64,000 nucleotides of DNA from positions 1,984,001 to 2,048,000 of the forward strand of contig OY781964.1 in assembly GCA_963677485.1 (NCBI GenBank), written 5' to 3'. The position numbers and the translations under genes were made by a program. Each line of letters opens with the position of its first letter. The stretch's first letter is position 1. Source of the DNA: Armatimonadota bacterium. GTDB taxonomy: Bacteria > Armatimonadota > HRBIN16. Of the stretch, positions 29,755-44,619 are shown piece after piece. Below the pieces are notes generated by a model. The model did no database searches and was not told the origin of the DNA. It saw only the letters and a program-made list of their open reading frames with translations.

Positions 29755-30576
29755 ATGTTTCTATCCCATTGGCCGCATCAACTCACCGTTCATCAATACG
29801 GCATTGCCACACACCATGAACCGGAGCTATGCATCGTGAGGGAGCGGGGGATGGACAACACCCTTGTCATGTGCTTCCGCACACCGTTCCGTTTTCATGC
29901 AGGCGGTGAGGTGCATACAGGTGAGGCCGGGGATTGCCTTGTCCATCCGCCAGGCACCCCGCATATGCATGGTCCGTTGCCCGGTGCCCCCGATGGGTTC
30001 ATCAATGACTGGCTTCATATTGAAGGGGAGGATGTGCCCTATCTGCTCACACTCTATGGTGTGAAAGCCAACAGTCCGATCACGACCGGAAATCCGACGC
30101 TGATTTCCGAACACCTGGCAATGATCCAGCGTGAGCAGTTTTCCCTTCAGGCGAACTGGCAAACTGCCGTGGAATTGAGCCTTCACAGTTTGCTTCTGGA
30201 GTTGGGCCGTTTTAGCCAGCAAAAGTCGGGCGATGAGAATCGCAGCGAAGTCGAATCACGGCTGGTAGAGGTGAGGATGGCGGTACATCAGCAGTTCAGC
30301 AGAGACTGGACACTGGAGCAGATGGCAGACATGGCATTTTTGAGTAAGGGACGATTCTCAGTGCTGTATACTCGCAGTTTTGGAGTCAGCCCGGTTGAGG
30401 ATTTGATCCGGCAGCGGCTTCATCACGCAGCTTATCTGCTGAGCAGCAGCCGGATCACAGTAAAGGAAGCCGCCGTGGCTTGTGGGTTCAACAGCATTTA
30501 TTACTTCAGCCGCACCTTTCACAGGCGATACGGCTGCAGCCCCAGCGACTATTCGCGCAAGGCCCACATGGGGTAG
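29755..30576 (+). CDS. AraC family transcriptional regulator (ORF track start 29617)
   Basis: Cupin HPPGTPH and WLHIEG; C-terminal ACGFNSIYYFSRTFHRRYGCSPSDY. Confidence 0.93.
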   Translation: MFLSHWPHQLTVHQYGIATHHEPELCIVRERGMDNTLVMCFRTPFRFHAGGEVHTGEAGDCLVHPPGTPHMHGPLPGAPDGFINDWLHIEGEDVPYLLTLYGVKANSPITTGNPTLISEHLAMIQREQFSLQANWQTAVELSLHSLLLELGRFSQQKSGDENRSEVESRLVEVRMAVHQQFSRDWTLEQMADMAFLSKGRFSVLYTRSFGVSPVEDLIRQRLHHAAYLLSSSRITVKEAAVACGFNSIYYFSRTFHRRYGCSPSDYSRKAHMG

Positions 30577-30596
30577 GGGGCGGCTTTGCGGGCAAC

Positions 30597-30680
30597 AGGT
30601 CCTACTCGTCCTACTCATCTTACTTGTCTTATGAACCGGCTTTGTTATAGGACAGCTAGGACGAGTATGACGAGTAGGAC
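30597..30680. repeat. Inverted arrays of the GTCCTACTC 9-mer
   Basis: GTCCTACTCGTCCTACTCATC...GGACGAGTATGACGAGTAGGAC. Confidence 0.7.
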
Positions 30681-30727
30681 TTGCTGGCTAGCTGCCACCC
30701 TCCTCTGCTCCTGTCTCCTGCCTCCCT

Positions 30728-30769
30728 AAAAACAAAAACACCCCCCGCAGCTAATGCTGCGGGGGGTGT
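30728..30769 (-). terminator. rRNA operon terminator
   Basis: ACACCCCCCGCAGC-TAAT-GCTGCGGGGGGTGT with a U-tail on minus. Confidence 0.9.
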
Positions 30770-30779
30770 GAAAGATAAC

Positions 30780-30897
30780 CCCTGGCGATGTCCTATCCTC
30801 CCGGAGGCTTGCGCCCCAAGTACTTTCGGCGCTGGAGGGCTTAACGGTCGTGTTCGGTATGGGAACGAGTGTATCCCCTCCGCCGTGATCACCAGGA
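30780..30897 (-). rRNA. rrf: 5S rRNA (ends approximate)
   Basis: Minus strand CCTGGTGATCAC..CCCATACCGAACAC..TCGCCAGG. Confidence 0.95.
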
Positions 30898-30987
30898 GAG
30901 CCGTGACGCGATTAGATCGCATCGGGTAGACATGGCCGCATTTCACACAACTTATCTATAGGCGGTGTGCGCCTTTAAAGTATCGGG

Positions 30988-33927
<2,940 letters not shown>

Positions 33928-34223
33928 GCTTCGATACCTTAGAGGCGCAACACACTACATTACTGCAATGTGCCACCATCTATAGAATTCATTACAGAAG
34001 TTTCCTTCTGTGACTGTCTTGTTTGTTTTGTGAAATGTGTAGCTTCAAGTAATTAGCTTTGATTTTTGGATTATTCATCCTAAACCATAGCTTCTTAACT
34101 TAAAGATGCCATGTCTACCCTATGCGATTTTCAATGTGCGTCTCGCCACTTTCGTGACAACTTTGCCGGATTGCAACCCGGCATTTCTTCTTACCTGCCA
34201 CCCACCTACCAAAACCTAAATCT

Positions 34224-34299
34224 TGGTGGAGGATAGCGGGCTCGAACCGCTGACCCCCTGCTTGCAAAGCAGGTGCTCTCCCAACTGAGCTAATCCCCC
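34224..34299 (-). tRNA. tRNA-Ala(TGC)
   Basis: GGGGGATTAGCTCAG..TTGCAA..TTCGAG..CCACCA, 76 nt. Confidence 0.97.
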
Positions 34300-34308
34300 A
34301 AACTTGGG

Positions 34309-34385
<77 letters not shown>

Positions 34386-34493
34386 ACGCCGCGAGACCGC
34401 GGAGACTAGGTGAAACTTGTTAAACCAAAACTAAAGAATAATAACTCGGACGACCTGAGAGATGCTCACCACTCCGAAGAGTGGGGCGCTTCC

Positions 34494-36044
<1,551 letters not shown>

Positions 36045-36216
36045 AATATCCTTTAACCCCTTACGAGGTCAAGTTCCAACTTTAGTGGATCGATTAGCTT
36101 CAAAACCGAATTACCATTCTTGTCAGTCTTTCAACTGACGTTTGGTTCGCTGCTTCACCTAGTTTTCAAGGTCCCAAGTCTTCGTGCTAGGCTCTCCTAG
36201 TCACTCGACCTTCAAT

Positions 36217-36245
36217 ATGATAACATTCGTGAACGGGCTTGTCAA
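36217..36245 (-). promoter_or_regulatory. rRNA operon sigma-70 promoter
   Basis: TTGACA-17 bp-TATCAT with TGn extended -10. Confidence 0.8.
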
Positions 36246-36339
36246 TAGCTAAACCGCCTATTTTGGAATATTCGTTCAAATTGGTCTATAGAGGTATTAA
36301 ATGATACATTTATTCGCTTCAAGCATGTTTTTTGGCACA

Positions 36340-36600
36340 TCGCGGCTGTTGACAACAGCCTCATCGGCAGTTAGTATCCATTGTGGCGTTACAAATGCGT
36401 GGACCTGAACGGCAATGACGGCGATCGGCCGCGGGTGTGGCCACCCAGCCAATGAAACACATGTGAATAACAGGCATATGGCCTCCGATTCCGCGACATA
36501 AATGTCTCGGCTATTGACCTGCCAAGCCTGCTGAAGCAGTCTGGGTGCCCATTCCAGCCACATGGCGAAGCCCTGCAGCCGGCTTCGAGCCGGCTTTTCG
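36340..36600. repeat. REP-like cluster containing CCGCGACATAAATGTCTCGGCTATTGA
   Basis: Same motif at ~40915 (reverse) and as an inverted pair at 58126/58233. Confidence 0.7.
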
Positions 36601-36672
36601 GGTAATAAGCCGTGTCCTTCAGGGCGCGGTGGTGAGTATCGCGGCCCAATCTCTCGTCATAGGAGCACGTGA

Positions 36673-37485
36673 TTGATCATCTCCGCCAGCCGACGCACCG
36701 ATATCCCTGCCTTCTTCATGGAAGAGTTCGTGCAGCAGCTACGGCAGGGGAGCTGCATTAGCGTGAACCCCTTCAACCCGAAACAACAGCGGGTGATCTC
36801 TCTGCTGCCTGAGGATGTGGATGCCATCGTGTTCTGGACCAAGAACCCCAAACCTTTGTTGCCATTCATCGATGAGCTGCAGAAACACTACCGCTTCTAT
36901 GTGCAGGTCACGCTGAACGGATACGGGGTGGCGGTGGAGCCGCAGGTACCGCCTCTTGACGAACTCGTGCAGAGTTTCACCGCACTCAGCCGGCAGATAG
37001 GCCCTGGACGCTGTGTGTGGCGCTACGACCCCATCCTGTTCACGGAGCACTTCACGCCCGAGTGGCATACCCGGCACTTTACAGAACTCGCCGCGCGGTT
37101 GGCGACACATACATATGGATGTACCATCAGTCTGCTGGATAGCAGTTACCGCGGGGCTGCCCGGCGGATGAAGGCGTTGGGGGATATCATCCCGTTTGAT
37201 CCCGCCGATGTATGTCACACCGCTCTGCTGCGCCATATCGCGCGCACAACCCGTGAGGTTGGCATGAGCGTACAGAGCTGCTCCTCGCAACTGGACCTCA
37301 CCCCCTATGGCATTCCCGCAGGCAAGTGCATTGATGAGAAGCTGCTGAGCAGGGAACTGGGCGTAGAGCTGCCTGCCCGCCGCGACCGGCACCAGCGGAA
37401 ACAGTGCCTCTGCCAGCAGGCGGTGGACATCGGCTGCTACAACACCTGCGGGCACGGCTGCCTGTATTGCTACGCGACGCGGTAG
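36673..37485 (+). CDS. DUF1848 family protein (radical-SAM/SplB-related)
   Basis: MIISASRRTDIPAF, VFWTKNP, WRYDPI, C-terminal DIG.YNTC.HGCLYCYA. Confidence 0.92.
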   Translation: MIISASRRTDIPAFFMEEFVQQLRQGSCISVNPFNPKQQRVISLLPEDVDAIVFWTKNPKPLLPFIDELQKHYRFYVQVTLNGYGVAVEPQVPPLDELVQSFTALSRQIGPGRCVWRYDPILFTEHFTPEWHTRHFTELAARLATHTYGCTISLLDSSYRGAARRMKALGDIIPFDPADVCHTALLRHIARTTREVGMSVQSCSSQLDLTPYGIPAGKCIDEKLLSRELGVELPARRDRHQRKQCLCQQAVDIGCYNTCGHGCLYCYATR

Positions 37486-37583
37486 CGCGGATCCAACTTA
37501 CCCATTTCTTTAACAACACCAAGCCGAATGTTGGTTATTCCAAGTCTGGAGGATGGTTTGGGCGTGAGCCTGGCATGCATTAC

Positions 37584-37697
37584 AGTTGAGCCGCTGGACG
37601 AAACCACCTCACGCCATGCGTTGTAGACTTACTTGCCCGTCTGTATGCCGTTTGCGTCCGTCAAGAAGAGTGTGCTGCCGAGTTAGTCGAACAATTA
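37584..37697 (-). pseudogene. Decayed RHS-core fragment
   Basis: Translates *LFD*LGSTLFLTDANGIQTGK*VYNAWREVVSSSGST, matching Y..D.LGS...LTD..G.....Y.YDAWGE with stops. Confidence 0.65.
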
Positions 37698-37706
37698 CAG
37701 CTTACT

Positions 37707-38483
37707 TCATCGTTTAATGAAATCAGAGGCCAGTTTACGGATATCATGGTTAGTATCATTACGAGCTATCTGACGCATTACAGTTGTCACAACGGTGCAT
37801 TCCTTTGGATATCTGGTCAAGCACGTGACCACACCTCTACGACAGTCTGTCTCATTTTGGGATTTGGTATACATTTTGCGTAAATGAGCAACATCAGGGG
37901 ATGCGTTATAGAAGTCGCCAAGCATCGAATCGATATAGTTCGTCATGAATCTTGTAATTGATACACACATGAATTGCGAACTGCGAAAATAATGAAGTGA
38001 CTGAGTTAGGTAAGGCATAAATTGCTCTCCTGCCCCTGCTAACCGCACATATGGAATCGTGCCTGGGCAACCATTTATAAAGGATTTACCGTAAAATGAC
38101 ATTTCACTTATCTCAGTGCCTAAGCGCTTTGGATCATTTCTTATATTCCAACAAGCATCGAATAGCTTCACACACTCTATGAAGTGTTTCCGAAGTTCAT
38201 CACCGGAAGCCATCTGGCATAGTTGTCTTGTTTCCACTCTACGTGTAACAATCAGATCATAACTGATTGCCAATAGTTGATTAAACGACTTTCCATCAAG
38301 TCCGCTGATATCAGAGTTCAACAGCGTTAAATAACGATTGTCTTTCAACCATTTCGACCGGTACTGTTTTAACGATATATAGCGAGTGTTATAACTACTC
38401 GCTTTAAGTATTGTCAATACATCAGTATTGAACTGTTTAACTAAGCTAGATGCTATCATGCTGAGTCCCCAATTAATTTCCAT
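37707..38483 (-). CDS. Low-GC hypothetical protein, candidate immunity/partner protein
   Basis: 258 aa; ATG abuts the stop of the upstream ORF; HEAT-like C-terminus. Confidence 0.65.
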   Translation of the reverse strand: MEINWGLSMIASSLVKQFNTDVLTILKASSYNTRYISLKQYRSKWLKDNRYLTLLNSDISGLDGKSFNQLLAISYDLIVTRRVETRQLCQMASGDELRKHFIECVKLFDACWNIRNDPKRLGTEISEMSFYGKSFINGCPGTIPYVRLAGAGEQFMPYLTQSLHYFRSSQFMCVSITRFMTNYIDSMLGDFYNASPDVAHLRKMYTKSQNETDCRRGVVTCLTRYPKECTVVTTVMRQIARNDTNHDIRKLASDFIKR

Positions 38484-38768
38484 TTATATGCCAGGCTCGT
38501 TTGGTATACTTATCTCCCCACAATAGCACTGCGTATCATAGCTGAATGTCTTTATTAACTTATCGGTGATGTCAGCCCAACTCAGTGGGTTACCGCCATT
38601 TGTGTGGGTGATGCGGATACCGCCCTTGTTGGTTATCGTATCGCCTGAGTTGCACTTGTAGGCATAGTATATGCCTGTGGGTATGTAGCGCGCATCGGTG
38701 CCGTAGCTGAATGTCTGCCCAGAGACATTAGCGGGCATCATCTCCATATGGAATTTACCGAAAATCAT
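38484..38768 (-). CDS. Probable truncated C-terminal fragment (candidate RHS toxin tip)
   Basis: 94 aa, no clear RBS, translationally coupled to the next ORF, next to an RHS remnant. Confidence 0.4.
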   Translation of the reverse strand: MIFGKFHMEMMPANVSGQTFSYGTDARYIPTGIYYAYKCNSGDTITNKGGIRITHTNGGNPLSWADITDKLIKTFSYDTQCYCGEISIPNEPGI

Positions 38769-39041
38769 CTCTCGTACAATACACCCTTCTCAGTGCAACC
38801 AGCTTCGTCGCATCCGTTTTTTCCGGTATGATATGACCTTACCCTTTCCCCATACGGATGTCAAGAGGTTTTGGGGTATTTTTGGAGTTTTTTATACTCG
38901 TTTCAGTTTTGCCCAAAGCCCCAATTCCAACACTCCGCCAGCAGAACCGCGGACAAAACACCTGCCGGTATGGCTGCCTGTATTGCTACGCGACGCGGTA
39001 GCGCGGATACTAAAGATATCTAGTTTCCAGGGGGTCCATCC

Positions 39042-39992
39042 ATGTTATCAATAGCACCATCTCTCGTTCTACTTGCCACAGCGGCTCTGTTCACAGTCGC
39101 CACATCGCAATGCCGTGCAGCGGGTGCGGCCGACGACCATAAATCCAAAGTTGAAGAGATACCGGTATGGGCAGGTCCAGCTCCCGGTTCTGAGAACTGG
39201 GATTGGTCGGAAAGGTCCGTTACACCCAACGGCATGCCCATCACGCTGGATGTAGTGAAACCGGTGTTGCTGTATTATCCAGCCGACCGCAGTAAAGCCG
39301 TAGGCACCGCCATGATCGTGGCTCCTGGAGGCGGCTTCGCGGGGCTGATGATGAGCTACGAAGGCGTGGATGTCGCGAAAAAGCTCAACTCGATGGGGGT
39401 GGACGCCTTCATACTGAAATACAGACTGCTTTACACCGGTCCGGGAGCTCCAGCGGAAGGCGACGATGAACCCGAAGCAAAGAATGAGCAGCCGCGTGAG
39501 TATACGGTACGGGGCCGTTACAAAGCGCAAAAGGGTCAGGACCTTGTGGAGATGGCGGTGGCTGACGGTCAGCAGGCGATTCGTGTGGTGCGGAGCCTGG
39601 CCTCAAAATACGGATATCAGCCAAACCGAGTGGGTATGATCGGATATTCCGCAGGCGGTGTCGTGACCTCCGAGGCGGTCTATGGTCCTGTGGTTTCGCG
39701 ACCGGACTTTGCCGCCGTGATTTACGGGGTTGGCTTACCGCACGAAATGCCGAAGCCTGCCCCCCTGTTGTTCCTTGCCGTGGCGGGTGATGACACCATA
39801 GCGTATACCCAGACATTGGATTTGTTCCATGCCTATCATGATGGCGGCGGGAAAGTGGAACTGCACGCCTTCCAGATGGGTGCGCATGGCTTCGTGAACA
39901 AGGGCGGCGGAGCGGACCGCTACCTTGACCGGCTGGGGGAGTGGTTGAAGGTAAACAACCTGCTGACCAAACCGAAGAGCTCTGTTAAATAG
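39042..39992 (+). CDS. Secreted alpha/beta hydrolase (acetyl xylan esterase/BD-FAE-like)
   Basis: APGGGF, GYSAGG nucleophile elbow, GAHGF. Confidence 0.9.
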   Translation: MLSIAPSLVLLATAALFTVATSQCRAAGAADDHKSKVEEIPVWAGPAPGSENWDWSERSVTPNGMPITLDVVKPVLLYYPADRSKAVGTAMIVAPGGGFAGLMMSYEGVDVAKKLNSMGVDAFILKYRLLYTGPGAPAEGDDEPEAKNEQPREYTVRGRYKAQKGQDLVEMAVADGQQAIRVVRSLASKYGYQPNRVGMIGYSAGGVVTSEAVYGPVVSRPDFAAVIYGVGLPHEMPKPAPLLFLAVAGDDTIAYTQTLDLFHAYHDGGGKVELHAFQMGAHGFVNKGGGADRYLDRLGEWLKVNNLLTKPKSSVK

Positions 39993-40177
39993 GTGGTTAT
40001 CTGACATGCTTCACGCGGAGGCGCGGATGGCACAGAGGCGGATTGACATAACCCTCGCGTCCTGTGCGCCTTTGCGTCTTTGCGTTGGATGTTCGTTCTA
40101 CCACCAGCAACAGAATCCGTTTGAATGCAGGTATAACAAGTACATACTGGCATCGCAGAGATGGATGACGAAAGGAC

Positions 40178-40756
40178 GTGACCGATATGTATGCAACTGA
40201 CGACCTTCGCAACGAACACGAGGGCATCAAAATCGCCCTGAACGTGCTGGAGCACCTGGCCGGCGAACTGGACACAGGCAGCACTATTGACATAAAAGAC
40301 GCCGAGGATATGGTGGACTTCCTCAAGACCTTCGCCGACCGATGTCACCACGGGAAGGAAGAGGACCTTCTCTTCCCTGCTCTGGAAGCCGCCGGAGTGG
40401 CGAATGAAGGCGGGCCGATTGGTGTGATGTTGTACGAGCACGCGCGAGGACGTGAATACATCGCGGCCATGGGTAAGGCATTACCGGCTCTGCATCTGAA
40501 GGATCATACCGCCGAAATGGCGTTTGCCATCGCAGCCCATGGATACGCCAGACTGCTCAGGAACCATATCGTGAAGGAGAACAACATCCTATTTGTGATG
40601 GCGGAGCAGAAGCTGTCACCAGAGGAACACGAGCAGTTGGCCGCAGGCTTTGAGGTGATCGAGCACGAGCGCATAGGCCCTGGGGTGCATGAGCGCTACC
40701 ACGCCATGCTGGATATGTTGAGTGCCAAATACCCCGTGAATCCGCTGCTGGAGTAG
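40178..40756 (+). CDS. Hemerythrin HHE-domain protein
   Basis: EH, HHGKEEDLLFP, GPIGVMLYEH, HIVKENNILF. Confidence 0.92.
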   Translation: MTDMYATDDLRNEHEGIKIALNVLEHLAGELDTGSTIDIKDAEDMVDFLKTFADRCHHGKEEDLLFPALEAAGVANEGGPIGVMLYEHARGREYIAAMGKALPALHLKDHTAEMAFAIAAHGYARLLRNHIVKENNILFVMAEQKLSPEEHEQLAAGFEVIEHERIGPGVHERYHAMLDMLSAKYPVNPLLE

Positions 40757-40769
40757 GGGGGAGGTAGTT

Positions 40770-41170
40770 TCTCACGCGGAGACGCGGAGGGCACAGAGGC
40801 GGAGAGATTCGCAAGACCGGCGCGTATTTTGTCTGAACCACGGATTCCGCGGATGGAACGGATGACACAGATGCGAGACAAGGCGCAGACTGCTTCAGCA
40901 GGCTAATGGATAATAGCCGAGACATTGATGTCGCGGCGGCCAAACGCCACATGTCCCAGCCATATCCCTTCGCGCCTTCGCGTGAGACCGTTCCCTTCGT
41001 GCCAATCGCCAGCGGGCAAGGAACCAGACCGGCGCGGTCTTGAGCCTTCTGCAGCCGCTAGCCTGAGCCCAGACCGCCCCGGACAGTGGCAATCGAGGCA
41101 CCGTCCCTTCGCGTCTTCGCGTCTTCGCGTGACACGTCCCCCTCCGCGCCCTCCGCGTCTCCGCGTGATA
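40770..41170. repeat. Composite repeat cluster between convergent genes
   Basis: CACGCGGAGACGCGGAG and its reverse complement, 30-nt-loop hairpin, CGCGTCTT micro-repeats. Confidence 0.85.
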
Positions 41171-41178
41171 GGAAAAGC

Positions 41179-44160
41179 CTACTCCAAATGGTACAGCCCC
41201 GTGCCCTTGGCCTCGATGTCCGCCTTGAACTCGCTGATACCGGAGCCGACCAGCTTGCCCGTAAACAGCTGGGTCACACGCGCAGGCCGGGGCAGGCGCA
41301 CGGTGCGGACACCACCCTCGTTGACGGACACCGAAAGCACGCTGCGGTTGGCGTAGACCGTCTCACCACCCTCGGTATACAGATGCACTCCGGCGGCCCG
41401 CGCCAGGTTGCGCAGCAGCGCGGTGGGGATGATCGGCGCGGAGGAATACACGCTTGTCCACTCCGGGTAACGGCGTACGGCTAAGCCGGCCATCGGAGTG
41501 TTGGCGATGGTGCCCAGAACCTGCGCTTTGGGGTCATCTGCGTAGATCACAGGACCGGTCACATAGTCGGTTCCGTAGTTGGTGCCGGATGCCAGACCAG
41601 CTAGAAGAGGGTCGGTGCCGTTGAGTTTCACCAGGCAGGGCGACTGCTCGCGCAGCATCTTCAAACTGATGCCCGTCAGCGACTCCATGCCGGCTGGATC
41701 GAGTTTGCCCTCGGTGTAGACGCCTGGCGCGAATATCCACACCGCCATCCGACCGTCGCGCTTGACCACCCTGTCGATCATCTGCCGCTGCTTCGCGGTG
41801 GGCGCCACGCACGATATGAACACATACATGCGATGGGGCGGTATCAACTCGATGTCGTCCAGCATATAGGTGCCGAATGGCGCACCCACATGGCCCAACT
41901 GCGGAAGCTGCTCCATGATCATCGGCCCGCTCAAGATATTGCCTGTGCGCAGCCATGCGAGGGAGCGCGGGTCCAGCACATACGCGATCTGATCGACCGG
42001 CGAGCGATCCCAATCCACCGTCTTGTTGGCGATGGCAGCCATATCACCGATCTCCCGCATCATGCGCGGATCATCAAACCAGCCGCCGCCCATGTCGAAC
42101 CACCACATGCCGCAGCCGTGACCCAGCACATTGCCCAGCTCACGCTTCTGCTGCAGCAGGCTCTCTTCATAAGTTGCCGCCTGACCAAACTCACCCACTT
42201 TGCCGCCTGTCAGCCAAGTGCGGTAGTCGTTCTCGTCCATCCAAAGCTTGCCGTGCGCCTTGATGGAGTCGGTCAGTGACATGAAGTGCGAAAAGCCGGT
42301 GCCTGCGGTCCGGAAGGCGTAGCTTGAGGGGCTGGTCATGAAGTCCACATCAGGGCAGGCCAGAAGCTTGTCCATCGCCAGATGACCCGCGTTCTGCTGA
42401 CGCTGATCGGCGGTGAGCTGCAGCACATAGCCGTAGAACGCCCCCACCAGCTTCTCGCGGCGCGTCGCCTCCTTGATGACCTTACCGAAATAGGCGATGG
42501 TCTCCGCCACCAGGTCACTGGTGTAGAGGCTGTAGTCGATGACCGACTGCGCCTTGGCAGGATCGTGCAGCGTGTAGAGAGCCGACTCAGACCGCTGCGC
42601 CCGTGTGGGGATCGGGGCGTTCTCAAACGTCACAGCCGGATCACCCCAGGCGGTGCGAAGGACCTCCACGCTGCCGTACTTCTCTTTCAGCCAGCGGTGG
42701 AAGGCATCGCGATTGGGCCGGCTGTAGTCCACCCATTGGTCCTCGTTGCCGCCCCACATCATCCATTCTTCGGTGGTGCCGGAGGCCACGTGGTAACCCA
42801 CCACGCGGTCCGCCCAGGGCGACTGTTCCATATGGCGGATATAACGGCGGATGGCCTCAGCGGTGTCTTTCCGCCAGACCTCGGAAGACCATGAGGGCAC
42901 CTGATGCTCATCGTTGTGAATGAACGGGATCGGCTTGCCGTCGCCCTTATCGTATGTCACCATCTCGTCGGGGTGCTGGTCGCACCACCATTTCGGTGCC
43001 CGAAGGTATAGACGGGGGAAGAAATGGGCCTGCGGATCGCTGCTCAGCACCATCATTGAGCGCTCATCCACCTGCGAATAGTCCCACATGTTAGGCGCCG
43101 TCCAGACCTCTTTCGCCAGGAAATACCCAGCCTCGGAAGGCGTGGAGCTGAAGGTGTAAAGATGCACCCCCGCTTGACCGAACTGCGTGAAATACTTGAT
43201 CTGCGGGTTGTAGGACATGTAGGAGATCGCCGCGTTGGGCTGCCCGTTTAAAAACAGCGTCGGTACGCCCTTGTGCGGCTTCACCTCGGCAATGCTTCTG
43301 GACGCCTTGCGTCCCTGCAGCTTGATCTTGCCCAGAACGCCCCCACCGCCCTTGCTGTCTACTACCATGTTACCCACACGAAGCCGCACGGTGTGCTCGC
43401 CCGTCCACGCAAACTCCGGTATCATCAGCTTCACTGGCCCGAAACTCGCGCGCTGACCCGCTTTCAACTCCGTCGGCAGGGAGACGGGCACGCGGGCCAC
43501 GATCGTCTGCCCTTTCAGAAGCTGCAGCTCGTTCACGGCGTCGTTCGTGAAGTCTTTCTCCGGTCTGATGGCCCCGCTAATGATAATCACCTTACCCGCG
43601 GCGGCTGTTGCTGGGATTGTCGCTGTGGCAGACACATGCACCGGCTCATCGCGCAGAAGGGTGATCGAGGCCAGCTCGATCTGGTATTCCGTATTCTGGG
43701 TGATGCCAAATGCGATGGCCGCCGTCTGCTGTGCAGGCCAGTCGAAGCGTCCGTTGGCATCTTTCGACCAGGAGGAGACACGGAACTGAGACAAAGTGAA
43801 GCGGACATCGCGCCACTCGTCTGAGTCGGTGAGGTTGAACGGCTCTGGGGAGTATTCGGCACCGTTCTGATCCACAATTTTCACGCAAAAGGCGAACGCC
43901 GCCCCCAGATTGCGCACTCGCAGCACCATCTCCTTGAAGGGCAGGGTGATCGCTCTCCGTAAATACATATCGGCGGAAGTGCCGGTTGCATCCTTCGGCG
44001 AAAACTTCCAGCCGATGGCGTTGCCGGCGGGTTCAATCTCATAGTGGTTGAACTCCACAGCCAGGCGTGAGGCATCGCGGGCGCTGTCCCATTCCTTCGA
44101 ATTAAGGCCGTCTACGAACAGCTCTTTCAGCGGTGTGGTGTTGGTTTTTTGCGGGCTCAT
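41179..44160 (-). CDS. Large beta-galactosidase-like (GH42-related) hydrolase with N-terminal CBM-like domain (ORF track start 44211)
   Basis: GTTEEW, DYS..FHRWLKEKYGS..LRTAWG, SPSSY, WWFDMGGGW; GGAGG RBS before ATG 44160. Confidence 0.75.
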   Translation of the reverse strand: MSPQKTNTTPLKELFVDGLNSKEWDSARDASRLAVEFNHYEIEPAGNAIGWKFSPKDATGTSADMYLRRAITLPFKEMVLRVRNLGAAFAFCVKIVDQNGAEYSPEPFNLTDSDEWRDVRFTLSQFRVSSWSKDANGRFDWPAQQTAAIAFGITQNTEYQIELASITLLRDEPVHVSATATIPATAAAGKVIIISGAIRPEKDFTNDAVNELQLLKGQTIVARVPVSLPTELKAGQRASFGPVKLMIPEFAWTGEHTVRLRVGNMVVDSKGGGGVLGKIKLQGRKASRSIAEVKPHKGVPTLFLNGQPNAAISYMSYNPQIKYFTQFGQAGVHLYTFSSTPSEAGYFLAKEVWTAPNMWDYSQVDERSMMVLSSDPQAHFFPRLYLRAPKWWCDQHPDEMVTYDKGDGKPIPFIHNDEHQVPSWSSEVWRKDTAEAIRRYIRHMEQSPWADRVVGYHVASGTTEEWMMWGGNEDQWVDYSRPNRDAFHRWLKEKYGSVEVLRTAWGDPAVTFENAPIPTRAQRSESALYTLHDPAKAQSVIDYSLYTSDLVAETIAYFGKVIKEATRREKLVGAFYGYVLQLTADQRQQNAGHLAMDKLLACPDVDFMTSPSSYAFRTAGTGFSHFMSLTDSIKAHGKLWMDENDYRTWLTGGKVGEFGQAATYEESLLQQKRELGNVLGHGCGMWWFDMGGGWFDDPRMMREIGDMAAIANKTVDWDRSPVDQIAYVLDPRSLAWLRTGNILSGPMIMEQLPQLGHVGAPFGTYMLDDIELIPPHRMYVFISCVAPTAKQRQMIDRVVKRDGRMAVWIFAPGVYTEGKLDPAGMESLTGISLKMLREQSPCLVKLNGTDPLLAGLASGTNYGTDYVTGPVIYADDPKAQVLGTIANTPMAGLAVRRYPEWTSVYSSAPIIPTALLRNLARAAGVHLYTEGGETVYANRSVLSVSVNEGGVRTVRLPRPARVTQLFTGKLVGSGISEFKADIEAKGTGLYHLE

Positions 44161-44319
44161 GGTGTTCCTCCAAGGTGGCTGAGTGTGGTTCTTTGGTTTA
44201 CTATACGCCAATGAGGGGGCGGATACCTGCGTGAGGCGGGTTATGGTAATAGATGGCCGGTCGATACGTTAGCTCAAGGTATAATAGAGCTGGATCGGGC
44301 GAACCCATTGGATGTTAGA

Positions 44320-44520
44320 ATGAAGGAACTGTTTTTCGATACGCGCGAGGACAAGGTCGATGGCGGGTACACCGCGTCGGCAATCGGCCTTGGGATACAC
44401 ACCCAAGCTGAGACTCTTGAAGAGCTTCGAGCGAACATCCTTGATGCGGTGGACTGCTACTTTGACGAACCCTGCGAAGCGCCCGCAAGGATTGTAGTTG
44501 TTGGTAGCGTGATTTTGTAG
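44320..44520 (+). CDS. Short HicB-like antitoxin
   Basis: DGGYTA..IHTQAETLEELRANILDAVDCYF. Confidence 0.75.
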   Translation: MKELFFDTREDKVDGGYTASAIGLGIHTQAETLEELRANILDAVDCYFDEPCEAPARIVVVGSVIL

Positions 44521-44619
44521 GGTTTTGTGGACGGATCGAGGATCGAAAGGCACAGAGTCTATCCCCAATCTGCGCCATCTGCGTAATCTGTGGATTGTAA
44601 CTCCCTGTCCACGCCAATT

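Larger units (their letters stand above)
37441..39008. mobile_element. ~1.5-kb low-GC islet bounded by a 52-bp direct repeat of the DUF1848 gene 3' end
   Basis: 37441-37492 vs 38957-39008: 3 mismatches, last 37 bp identical; no integrase inside. Confidence 0.7.
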
